From Vulcanimicrobiota bacterium (GTDB taxonomy: Bacteria; Vulcanimicrobiota; Vulcanimicrobiia; Eremiobacterales; Eremiobacteraceae), in NCBI GenBank assembly GCA_963805945.1, contig CAWDVP010000002.1, forward strand, positions 480,001 to 544,000: DNA of 64,000 nucleotides. Reading direction: 5' to 3'. Made by a program: the position numbers and the translations under genes. Below the pieces are notes generated by a model that searched no databases, had not been told where the DNA came from, and worked only from the letters and a program-made list of their open reading frames with translations. Below are positions 21,048-33,475 of the stretch, in pieces (positions within the stretch are counted from its first letter, which is position 1; every line of letters begins with the position of its first letter).

Positions 21048-21964
21048 ACGGCGTCGTCCGCGCGGCCGGCGGCGTGCTCGTCCGATCGAAACCCGACGGC
21101 GCGCCGGAGATCGCCGTCGTGCATCGCCCTGCGTACGACGACTGGACCTTTCCCAAGGGCAAGCTCCAGGTCGGCGAGCGCGAAGAGCACACGGCCATCC
21201 GCGAGGTCGAAGAAGAGACCGGCATGCACTGCCGGCTCGAGCGCGCGCTCGGCACCACGAAGTACAAAGATCACCGCGGCCGGCCGAAGGTGGTCCACTA
21301 CTGGGTCATGCGCCCGCTCGACGGCCACTTCAAGCCGTCGCGCGAGGTCGACGAGTTGCGCTGGGTCACGCTGCGCCAGGCGTCGCTGCTGCTGTCGTAC
21401 AATCATGACCGCGCGCTGCTGCGCGGTCTTTCGAATGAGGTCGACGCCGCGACCGCGGGCGCCAAAGAGCGCCAGGGCCGCGCGTCGCTGAGAAATCAGA
21501 TGAGCTCCACCATCTATCTGGTGCGCCACGCCAAGGCGCTCAACCGCGGCGAATGGACCGAGGCCGACGAACTGCGCCCGCTCACGAAGGCGGGCCGCAA
21601 GCAAGCGGAAGAGCTCGTCCATCGCCTCTCCGGCTTTTCGTTCGCGCGCGTCATCACCAGTCCGCACGTGCGCTGCCGCGCGACGGTCGAACCGCTTGCC
21701 AAGCAGCGCAAGATGATGCTTGAGACCGCGGACGAGCTCGCGGAGAACACCGACGCCGACGACGTCCTCGCGTTCATCCAGACGCTCGGCTCGAAGCCGG
21801 CGGTGCTGTGCAGCCATGGCGACGTGATCGCGGATCTCATGACCAATCTCGTCAACGACGGTCTCGCCACCGACGGCGAGCTGCGTTGGGAGAAGGGCTC
21901 GACCTGGGTGCTCGAATCGGACGGCGAGACGTTCCTGTACGGGCGTTACATCTCGCCGCCGTGA
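21038..21964 (+). CDS. NUDIX hydrolase fused to a histidine-phosphatase (SixA-like) domain, MutT1-like
   Basis: PKGK...AIREVEEETG; LVRHAKA, RPLTKAG, CSHGDVI. Confidence 0.9.
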   Translation: MAVNGVVRAAGGVLVRSKPDGAPEIAVVHRPAYDDWTFPKGKLQVGEREEHTAIREVEEETGMHCRLERALGTTKYKDHRGRPKVVHYWVMRPLDGHFKPSREVDELRWVTLRQASLLLSYNHDRALLRGLSNEVDAATAGAKERQGRASLRNQMSSTIYLVRHAKALNRGEWTEADELRPLTKAGRKQAEELVHRLSGFSFARVITSPHVRCRATVEPLAKQRKMMLETADELAENTDADDVLAFIQTLGSKPAVLCSHGDVIADLMTNLVNDGLATDGELRWEKGSTWVLESDGETFLYGRYISPP

Positions 21965-22461
21965 TGGCGGCACCGGTCCAGCCGATCGTCCGCGATGCCC
22001 GCGACACCGACGCAGCCGGTTTGATAGCGCTGCTCGGCGGCATCTTCGAAGAATATCCGGGCTGCGTGCTCGACGTCGACGGCGAGATGCCGCAACTGCG
22101 CGCGATCGCCACCTCGTTCGCCGAACTCGGCGGCCGCTTCTGGGTCGCCGAAGCGGGCGGGGCTGTCGTAGGCTGCATCGGCCTCGCGCCGTGTGAAGAC
22201 GGCGACGGCATCGAGCTCAAGCATCTCTATGTCGCGCGCGCGGCGCGGCGCACGGGGCTCGGCACCAAGTTCGTGCGTCTTGTCGAAGCCGAAGCGATCG
22301 CGCGCGGCGCGTCGCTCATCGAGCTGTGGACCGACACCCGCTTCGCGGATGCGCACCGGCTGTATGCGGCGCTTGGTTACGAACGGCTGCCGGAGACGCG
22401 CGAGCTGCACGACTTGAGCAACAGCGTCGAATACCACTTCATCAAACGCCTCGCGCGATGA
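21964..22461 (+). CDS. GNAT acetyltransferase
   Basis: ELKHLYV...RRTGLG, AHRLYAALGY. Confidence 0.88.
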   Translation: MAAPVQPIVRDARDTDAAGLIALLGGIFEEYPGCVLDVDGEMPQLRAIATSFAELGGRFWVAEAGGAVVGCIGLAPCEDGDGIELKHLYVARAARRTGLGTKFVRLVEAEAIARGASLIELWTDTRFADAHRLYAALGYERLPETRELHDLSNSVEYHFIKRLAR

Positions 22462-22463
22462 CG

Positions 22464-23036
22464 TCAGGTCGCGGTGGGGCCGCGCACGTGCGTGTAGAGA
22501 CGCCGCGCCGTCCAGATCAGCGTGATGACGAGCAGCAGCGAGAGGACCGCCGCGAGAATCGGATAGGCGAACGCCACGATTAGGCCGGCGAATGCGATCA
22601 GGTCTTCCAGCACGCTGAGCGCGGGATTCGCAGCTCCGAGCGTCGTCGCGGTGGAGGTTGCGCGCGCCGCCGCCGACGTGCCGTGCACGACGAGCGCGTT
22701 GAGCGCGCCCGCCGCCATCAAGCCGTAGAGCGCGCCTGAGTTGCTCGTGTCGATCGTGCCGCCGACCAAGATGGCCGCGGCCACCGGACGCACTGCGAAT
22801 GCGATGGTGTGCAGCGCGTTGTCGAGCCAGGGCACCTTGTCGGCGACGAGTTCGATGAGCGCGAAGATGCCGAGCACGACGACGGTGCCGCTCGCCCCCA
22901 GCCAGAGGAAGCCCGCACTTGGGTGGATCCAATGATAGTGCGCGGCGACGGAGGCCGCGAACAACGTGAGGAAGCCGCGCAGCCCCGCGGTCGTCGTCAG
23001 CGCGTAGGCAAGCGCGTATTGGGTGCCAGCGTCCAT
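22464..23036 (-). CDS. DUF4126-like membrane protein
   Basis: AGLRGFL, ELVADKVPWLDNALH, NPALSVLED. Confidence 0.85.
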   Translation of the reverse strand: MDAGTQYALAYALTTTAGLRGFLTLFAASVAAHYHWIHPSAGFLWLGASGTVVVLGIFALIELVADKVPWLDNALHTIAFAVRPVAAAILVGGTIDTSNSGALYGLMAAGALNALVVHGTSAAARATSTATTLGAANPALSVLEDLIAFAGLIVAFAYPILAAVLSLLLVITLIWTARRLYTHVRGPTAT

Positions 23037-23070
23037 CGAAACGGCATACCTCGTCGGTGCCGCGCGGGTT

Positions 23071-25197
23071 TCAGCGGGAGTATGGAGGCAACGAGGTTGA
23101 CTGTGTGACGCGCTCGCCGTGGTATCCTATGGAGATCACCTGGACGAAGACGGTGCCACGGTAGGTCTTAGGGACGTACATCACGGCGCTCTGACGCGTG
23201 CCCGCCACGTCGGCCTGGCTGAGGATCTCGCCCTTGTCGCCCGAGAGCTGGACGGTCGCCGACGACTGCCCGTTGGCGCCCCAGCGCACGCCCACCGCGC
23301 GGCCGCCGCCGCCGTAGTGCGCGTCGACGCCTTGTATGGCGACGATGATGTTCGGATTAGCGGGGCGCGGCCGCCGCACGACTTGCGGCTTCGGCTTCGC
23401 GGTGGGCTTCGGCGCGAGCGCAACTTGCGGTTTCGGCGTCGCCGGACGCTGCGTCGGCGGCGGTGCGGGCGCGACGGTCGGGGCGACCGCCTGATGCGCC
23501 GCCAGCGAAGCGGCGCGCAGCGCGGCGGACGGCGCGATGCTCGGGCGGACGGGCGATGCGCTGACCGCGACCGCGGACGGCGATGCGTTCGCCTTCGCCG
23601 GTCCGGTCGCTTTCGTATGCGGCGTGGGGACAACGCTCTCTATGGTGACGGGCGGGGGCACGGTGACGCTGGGCGCCGCGCTCGGCACGGCCACGGGGGT
23701 GGGCGCGGTCGGGCGCAATAAGAAGAAGGCGGCGAGCGCCAGCGCGATGAGCGCGGTGCCGCTGATGACCAGCGTCGGCAATTGGTTCTCTTCGGACCGG
23801 TCGGGCGGTTCCGGCGCTTGCGCGGTGCGCCGTGCCGCCGCCGCATGTTCGCGCCCGGATTCGACGGCGCGGGCGAGCGACGGCGGCGGACCCACGACCG
23901 ACGCTTCGAGCGCCGATGGCGCGAAGGGCGTATCCTCCGGTTCGGCTTGGGTCGTCGTCGTCTCGGTGCCCTGACCGGCGGCGCCCGCGTTCAAGTTCGC
24001 TCGCGAGTATGCGGCCGGCACGGAACTCGGCGGCACAGCGGGCGACGGCATCGGGCGAGGCGGTGGTGGTGCGGGGCGAGGCGGCGGCGGCGCGGGCGGC
24101 GGCTCCGGCGGCGTGACGGCGCGCGGCTGCTCGGTCGTCGGCGGTTGCGAGACCTTCGCGTAGATCGATGGTGCTTGCGGCGGCCCGACCTCGGGTCCGC
24201 GCCAGCCGGGCGGCGGCGATACCGGTTTGCCGACGAGCAGCGACATCAGCGATTGCTCGTCGTCGATGCCTGTGTCTGCGTGCGTGGCGGGAACGTAAGG
24301 CGCCGGCGGCGCGGAAGGCACAGCCGGTTGCTCGATCGAGGGAGCGGGCGGTGCCGTTCTCGGCTGTTCCGGCGGCCCAGGCGCAGTCGAGTCTTGGCGC
24401 ACGTCTTGCGCGGGTTGTGCTTGCGCCGGCCGGGGCAATTGATCGGCGTACTGCTCAGCGTCGGGTGCGGACACCGACGGCGGAGGCGGCGGCGCGGGTT
24501 CGGGTTTCTTGACGAGCGCGGCGAGTTTGCTCTCGATCGTCTCCCACATCAGTTTGCCGGTGCGCTTGCCTTGCGACACCGCGATGCCGACCTCGATCGC
24601 GCGCGGATGATCCGCGCCGTCGCCGTCGCGCGCGGAGCGTTTCCACAGGATCGCGATAGGCACGGTGACCGTCTGGCCCGGCTCGATGTTGACCGGCGCC
24701 ACGTCGACGAATTCAAGCGCGGGATGCGGCGTGAACTGCAACACGAACGGACCGGGCGAAGCGCTGAGGCTCTTGATCGAGCACGAGACGACGAAGCCGC
24801 GCACGTCGTCGCCATCCATGATCGGCTCTTTCCACACGAGTGCGATGGTGCAATCGGTGCCGCCGGCGGAGATGAGGCCGCGCTCGAGCGACGCGAGCAC
24901 GATGCCGTCCGCATCGCGCACGGAGAGCAGCGCGACTTGCTCGCGCGGCACTTGCGTGTCCGGTTTGAAGGTCAGTCCGACGGTCTTGCGGTCGCGCGGG
25001 CGCAGCGTGAACGTAGAAGGCTCGAAGGTGCCACCTTCAGCCGGATCGTCGAGCGCCATCGTGCAGTCGACGGTTTCGTCGCCGGACTTGTTGATGACGA
25101 GGACTTCGTAGCGCGACGCCTGTCCGGGGGTTAAGTACCACCTAACGGAACGGTCGGCGCACTCGATTATCAGGTTGGACATCCATTGCTCCCGCAT
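23071..25197 (-). CDS. Large proline-rich single-pass membrane protein (start possibly 25182)
   Basis: Beta-rich N-terminal region, Pro-rich linkers, one TM (LVISGTALIALALAAFFLL). Confidence 0.75.
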   Translation of the reverse strand: MREQWMSNLIIECADRSVRWYLTPGQASRYEVLVINKSGDETVDCTMALDDPAEGGTFEPSTFTLRPRDRKTVGLTFKPDTQVPREQVALLSVRDADGIVLASLERGLISAGGTDCTIALVWKEPIMDGDDVRGFVVSCSIKSLSASPGPFVLQFTPHPALEFVDVAPVNIEPGQTVTVPIAILWKRSARDGDGADHPRAIEVGIAVSQGKRTGKLMWETIESKLAALVKKPEPAPPPPPSVSAPDAEQYADQLPRPAQAQPAQDVRQDSTAPGPPEQPRTAPPAPSIEQPAVPSAPPAPYVPATHADTGIDDEQSLMSLLVGKPVSPPPGWRGPEVGPPQAPSIYAKVSQPPTTEQPRAVTPPEPPPAPPPPRPAPPPPRPMPSPAVPPSSVPAAYSRANLNAGAAGQGTETTTTQAEPEDTPFAPSALEASVVGPPPSLARAVESGREHAAAARRTAQAPEPPDRSEENQLPTLVISGTALIALALAAFFLLRPTAPTPVAVPSAAPSVTVPPPVTIESVVPTPHTKATGPAKANASPSAVAVSASPVRPSIAPSAALRAASLAAHQAVAPTVAPAPPPTQRPATPKPQVALAPKPTAKPKPQVVRRPRPANPNIIVAIQGVDAHYGGGGRAVGVRWGANGQSSATVQLSGDKGEILSQADVAGTRQSAVMYVPKTYRGTVFVQVISIGYHGERVTQSTSLPPYSR

Positions 25198-25286
25198 CTA
25201 TTGTATCGGAAATTCACGGTGCGGGTAGGAGGCCCGGAAATGCCGAATGGGGCGTATCCCCACCCCTTTAGGAGCGCCATCACAGC

Positions 25287-25731
25287 ATGTATCCGGACGA
25301 TTTCATCCACGAATTCGACCGTTTGTTCGCGGAGATGAGCCTGCCGCTGGGCCGCCACGCCCGGCGCGGCTCCTTCAACCCCAACGCCGACGTCTACCTC
25401 ACGGACCGGGGGCGAACGGTCATGGTCCGGGTCGAGCTGGCGGGGGTGCAACCGGCCAACATCAAGCTCGTGGTCGAGGGCGCGAGCCTCTATCCTCGCC
25501 GGCGTCCGCGAACCCGACATCCGGCGCGCAGAGTCCGTGCTGCAAAAAGAGATCGAGTACGGCTGCTTCCTCAAGCAGCATCCAGCTGCCGTCCATGGTG
25601 GCGGTCGAGCACGCCAAGGCCGAATATCACCTCGGCATGCTCACCGTCAAGCTGCCCGTCTCGAACTCGCGGCCAGCGTCGACGGGGTCGATCGCACGGA
25701 GATCCGCATGGTCGTGCGAGGACGAGGCTAG
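25287..25731 (+). CDS. Hsp20/alpha-crystallin family protein, frameshifted
   Basis: FNPNADVY, VELAGV, EIEYGCF, AEYHLGMLTVKLP across frames; upstream of lon. Confidence 0.8.
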
Positions 25732-25735
25732 CGCG

Positions 25736-28150
<2,415 letters not shown>

Positions 28151-28279
28151 TCAAGCGCAATTCGTCAACCCTAACAAACAGGCGTACTCGAGGGTAGCGC
28201 CTCTTGATCGGCCAACGGCTCGACATCGCTCGCGGTGCTCGAGGGCAGCGTCCTTCGCAGTCTTGAAAGCGAGACACGC

Positions 28280-31200
28280 CATGACACGGTCCGTGAGACT
28301 CGCATTGACGACGGCGTCTTGTTTGCTCATGCTCACGGCAGTCGTCGCAGCCCCTCGCCCTGCTGCGGGGCAGACGATGTGGGTTGGCGCCTTAAGCGCA
28401 TGCGCGCAGCTGAACCAGTATGGGGTCCTCGATTTCTTTCTCGTCGATTGCGCGGGTGCGCATGGGCCGCTGGGCGTCGGTGTCGCCGGATTCGCTAACC
28501 CGGTGGAGAACCACCAAATAGGCTCATATTGGAAAAACGTGCAAGCACCCGGCTTCAGCTGCCTTGAGAGCGGCGGCTACTTTACTTGCCAATTGACCCA
28601 AACTACTTATCCGCAGATCTTCGCTGGCGTGGTGACGGCGACATATTGTCCGGACCCACAGTGCGTGCCCGCAATTCCCGTGATGAGCGATCACTACGTG
28701 ATCATCGAGTATATAGGCGCAAAGGCGGCGCCGCAAATCGCTGTCGCCTCTCCTGAGTGTCGGCCGTGCACGAGAAATCTCGGTAACCCAGCGGACATCA
28801 TCACCGGCGAGCTTTGGTACCACTATTTCGACTTCAAACTGTCGGGCCCGTTCGGCCTCGAGTTCTCACACTTCTACGACAACCAGTCCTCATTCAATGG
28901 CGATCTCGGCTTCGGCTGGCGGCACACCTATGACGCGAATCTCGACACCAGCCAGCAAGCCTCCACGGGCCAGGTCATATACTACAACAATGAGGACATG
29001 CCCACATATTTCGTGGTCGCCAAAGGAAACAGCGCCAACGACAATTACGGAGGTGGAACGCTCGCGCTGAACTCGGCGGGTAGTCTGTATACCATGACGA
29101 CCTGGCAAGGCATGGTGTATACTTTCGATTCTTCCGGCAGGTTGCTTACGTTGGCCGATCGGGTGGGCAACACACAGACCATCAGCCGCGACTCCGGACA
29201 CGCCTACCGCATCTCCTCGGTCTCCGATTCGCTGGGGCGCACGCTTTCCTTCGGCTATGATGCCAGCAATCGCATCACTTCGGTCACGAGCAGCCCTGCT
29301 GGAATCTCGCTGGCTATGGTATACGACACGGGGACGAACTGCGGGACCGGCAACCTGTGCTCGGTCGCCGAGTCGGATGGCAAGACGTGGTCGTATCAAT
29401 ACGACTACACCAATCCCACCTACCCGCACAACCTGCTCGAGGTGCTCGACCCTAATGGCAACGCCAACGAAGTCAACACGTACACGGGGAACAAGCTCGC
29501 CACGCAGTACACAGGCAACTCGTCGGCGTCGCCGCAGCCGAACTATCTGAGCTTCAACTACCTGGATAGTACCGACACCCTGGTATCCGACTCTGAAGGC
29601 AATAGCACATCCTACACTTTTGACGCCAATCTCAAGGTCATCACCAGCATCCAAGGCGGGCTGTGCCGCTGTGGCGGCGACAAGAATCGCAGCTATACCT
29701 ACGATACCTACCTTCGCGTCACATCGATTAAGGACGGCGACGGAAACACGCACAAGGTGACGCTCGTGTACGGACGCGACGTGACGCGCACCAATGCCGA
29801 TGGATCGAAAACGGTCATCAGAGCGCTGCCCGGTCCCACGCAGATCGTCGAACCGCTCTCTTCCGGGGTGAACCGGACGACGAACATCACCTACTACCCG
29901 GTCGGCGATAGCCGCCAAGACCTGCCGAATATCATCACGCTGCCGTCTGCGGATACGCCGGGCAATCTGCTCACCATCACCGATACCTACTCTGCGCAGG
30001 GCCTGCTGCTGTCCGAAGCGTCAAAGGGCTACATCGGCGGCGTGAGCACCACCTATACCACGAGCTTCCAGTATGACTCGAAGGGTCGCCTCCAGCAGGT
30101 CACCGGCCCCCGAACCGATTTGCTGCAGAAGACCGTGCTCGCGTACTACCCCGACACTGATACGGATCTTGCGCGGCGCGGCCAGCTGCACACCATCACC
30201 GATGCGCTCAGCCACATCACGACCTTTGCCAGCGCCGCCTCGCCGAACAACACGTACAATATTTACGGCGGGCCGCTGAGCGTGACGGATCCGAATAGCG
30301 TCCAGTTGACGCTTGCCTATGACCCGCGCGGAAGAACCAACACGCGAACCATCGCCGGCGTGAGCGGTGATCCGACGCCGCTCACGACGACATACGCGTA
30401 CGATGGCGCTGGACGTAGGACGAGTGTCACGTTTCCACTAGGCAACGGCCTGGGTTTTGGCTACGACTCCTCGGACAGGCTGACGTCGGTGACGCGGCTT
30501 GCCTCAAACGGTTACCAAGAAGAGCAGGTGGTGTACGGGTACTATCCGTCGAGCATGCTCAACACCGAACAAGCACAGGTATGCGGCACGCCTGCCGCCA
30601 CGTGCTCGTCGTGGAGCACGACGCAACAAGAGACGTTCAAGCACGACGGTTATTACCGGCCGAGCGAAGTGGACCATCCGACACCTGCGAATTCGAAGAT
30701 AGCCTATGCCTACGATAACGCCGGCAACCTCACGACCATCAAAGACGAGAACCATTCTTCCGCGAACATGACCTATGCCTACGATTACGCGAACCGGCCG
30801 ATTTCGCTCACCCAGACGCTGACCGGCGCACCCGGCAACCAGATCGTGACACAGTACGGCTACGATGTCCAAGACAATGTGAATTCGGTGACCGACCCCA
30901 ACGGGAACACCACGACCTATAACAACGACGATTTCGCTCGAGTACGCACCGAGAACTCGCCGGTGAGCGGATTGTCGACCTATGCCTATGACCCAGCCGA
31001 CAACCTCACCAGCTTCACTGATGCCAATGCCGCGACGACAACGAGCACTTTCGATGCGCTCGATCGCATCTTGTCGGCCACCTCGGTTCGCTCAGGGTAC
31101 TCGAACGACGTCGTGAGCTGGACTTATGACGATGCGACGAGCGGACATTTCGGCATCGGGCGTGTGGCGACAATGACCGATCCAACAGGATCGATGAGCT

Positions 31201-32889
31201 ACACATACGAGCGGCGCGGTCTGCTCAAGACAGAGGCGCGGACGGTGCTAGGCAATCTCTACAACCTGGCGTACGGCTACGACTACAACGGCAACCGCAA
31301 CAGCCTCACCTACCCGGACACCAGCGTCGTCGCGTATACCTTTGATTGGGCGGATCGACCGATCTCAGCGACGAGCGGCGCAAACCACTTCGTGACCTCG
31401 GCCAACTACGAGCCCTTCGGGCCGCTCACGCAGTTGGTCTTCGGAAACGGATCGAAGCAGACGTTCTCGTTTGACCAGCGTTACCGCCCGACCGAAGACA
31501 AACTGGTCAACGGCGCGACCACGATCGCCGATTACTCGTATGCGGAAGACTCCGTCGGCAACATCACTCAAATCCACGACAGCACGAACGCCGCGTACAA
31601 TCGAGATTTCGCCTATGACGACCTCAACCGCCTGACCACCGCTAACTCCGGCTCGAGTTTATGGGGGACGCTGTCGGGCAACGGATATACGTATGACCTC
31701 ATGGGGAACCTGAAGACGATCCAGCTCGGCTCGGGCCGCACGGCGAGTTTCGCCTACAGCGGCACGACCCCCAGGCTGACGTCCGTGACCGAGAACGGCA
31801 CGCCGCGTTCGGTGGGTTATGACTCGACGGGCAACGAGACCACGGTCGGATCGGCAACGTATGCATACACGCCGCGCAACGTTCTCTCATCGGGGGATGG
31901 CCTTTCGTATGTGACCGACGGCTGGGGCCGGCGGGAAGTATCCACGACTTCTACCGGCAGCAGGTACTCGTTCTACGGTCCGGACATGACGCTGCTGTCC
32001 GAGTCCAACGTGACGACCGGGACGCCGACCGTCGCGTACGATTACGTCTGGTTCGGCGGGCGGCCGATCGCGCAAACCGACTCGACCGGTGTGCACTACA
32101 CCGTCGCCGATCACCTCGGCACGCCGCTGCTGCAGACGGATTCATCCTCAAACGTGTATTTTAGGATGGAGCAAGAGCCCTACGGCAAGGTGTGGGCGCT
32201 GCGCGCGGGCGACGTGCATCAACCGCTGCGCCTGCCGGGGCAGGAGGCCGAGCAATTCGACACGGGCGCGAACGGCCTGACCGAGCGCAGCTATAACAAC
32301 TTCCGTTGGTATCGGCCGGGGTGGGGAAGGTATTCGCAGGCAGATCCGATTGGGCTTGCGGGCGGAGTCGATGTTTATGGATACGTCTCAAACAATCCGG
32401 CCGCAAGGACCGATCCGAGCGGCGCGGGAGCCGCAGGAACAGTTATTGGCGGCACTCTACTGGGGACGGTGGCGGGTACGACGTGTGCCGTCGTGCTCGG
32501 CGCAGGGGGAGCGGCCGGCGGCACACTCGTCGAACCTGGCGGAGGAACCTTTGCCGGTGGGGCAGGGGGTGTAGTCGTTGGAGGTCTGTTGTGCGTCGCT
32601 GCCACGGTACCGGCCGGTTGCGCGGCTGGTAGTTCAGTCGAGGACCTAATAAGAGATCTCGATTAGTAGGGCTCGCGGAGGAAAGCAGAATAAAGATAAC
32701 GAGTATGTCAGAGAAGCGCAGGCGCTTGCATCGCGCGGTGAGGACCCGTGCCTGTGGCTTAGAACCGCGCGAGTGCAGGCCGCCGCAGCTGGCAACAGCG
32801 TTGATCTCCTCAAGATTATCACGGCCGAAAAGGTAATGGGCTGCAGGAACGTGCAAAAACGTTCTCCTGGTTCTGGAGCACTGCAATGA
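28280..32889 (+). CDS. Rhs/YD-repeat polymorphic toxin: signal peptide, DUF6531-like domain, YD repeats, Rhs core, Gly-rich linker and a C-terminal tip. Called ORF stops at 32666; the +1 frame continues to 32889
   Basis: GNPADIITGE...GFGWRHTYD, YD repeats, DHLGTP, LRLPGQ, YNNFRWY, DPIGLAGG, DPSG. Confidence 0.92.
32141..32170 (+). other. Putative tyrosine-recombinase-type site 1, inside the full-length Rhs core
   Basis: ttcatcctcaaa-CGTGTA-ttttaggatgga; arms match 10/12 as an inverted repeat. Confidence 0.6.
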
Positions 32890-33251
32890 CCTGGTACGGC
32901 GCGAGCGTTGTTATTTGGATTAGAAAGAAGACGCAGAATCCCAGCGACCCCTGCCAATTCTGGGAGAACGTTATTCTTGTACAAGCGGAAACCGCTCAAG
33001 AGGCGCTGGCAAAGGCAGAGGCAAGGGGAGAGCTGGACGCTGTAAAGGACGAAACGTTTAGGGTTGACGGCGAGCCAGCCGAGCTCGAATATATAGGCGT
33101 CCGAAAGGTCATCGAGATTCGCTCTTTGGATGGTACCGACCAGCCAATTGACGGCGCCGAAATCTCTTACTCCGAGATGCTTGTTGCCAATCGCGTCGCG
33201 CTCCTCGATTTTGCGGCTGGCCAAGAGGTCGAAGTCACACACATAGAATAG
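32886..33251 (+). CDS. DUF4288-like protein, putative immunity protein of the expressed Rhs tip
   Basis: WYGAS, WENVILVQAETAQEALAKA, YIGVRKV, DGAEISY; ATGA overlap with the toxin frame. Confidence 0.8.
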   Translation: MTWYGASVVIWIRKKTQNPSDPCQFWENVILVQAETAQEALAKAEARGELDAVKDETFRVDGEPAELEYIGVRKVIEIRSLDGTDQPIDGAEISYSEMLVANRVALLDFAAGQEVEVTHIE

Positions 33252-33278
33252 TCCGCGCTGGCTGGGTTCATATGCCTG

Positions 33279-33474
33279 CGTGCATGGGCGTGCGGCGGGC
33301 GAGGCGAACGTGCAACGCCGTGATGCGACTGACTCCCGCACCAAGGCCGCCGACGCGCTGCTTTCCGATATTTAGCCTCGGCCCGCGCCCGCGCGTGTAT
33401 CTCGGCATCGCGCCGGGAGTCGGCAAAACCCGCCGGATGGTCGAGGACGCGTTGGCGCTGCGCACGACCGGCCG
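33279..33474 (+). pseudogene. Diverged fragment of the 5' end of the kdpD-like gene (inverted copy of 45345-45540)
   Basis: Direct alignment; encodes RVYLGIAPGVGKTRRMVEDALALR. Confidence 0.9.
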
Positions 33475-33475
33475 A

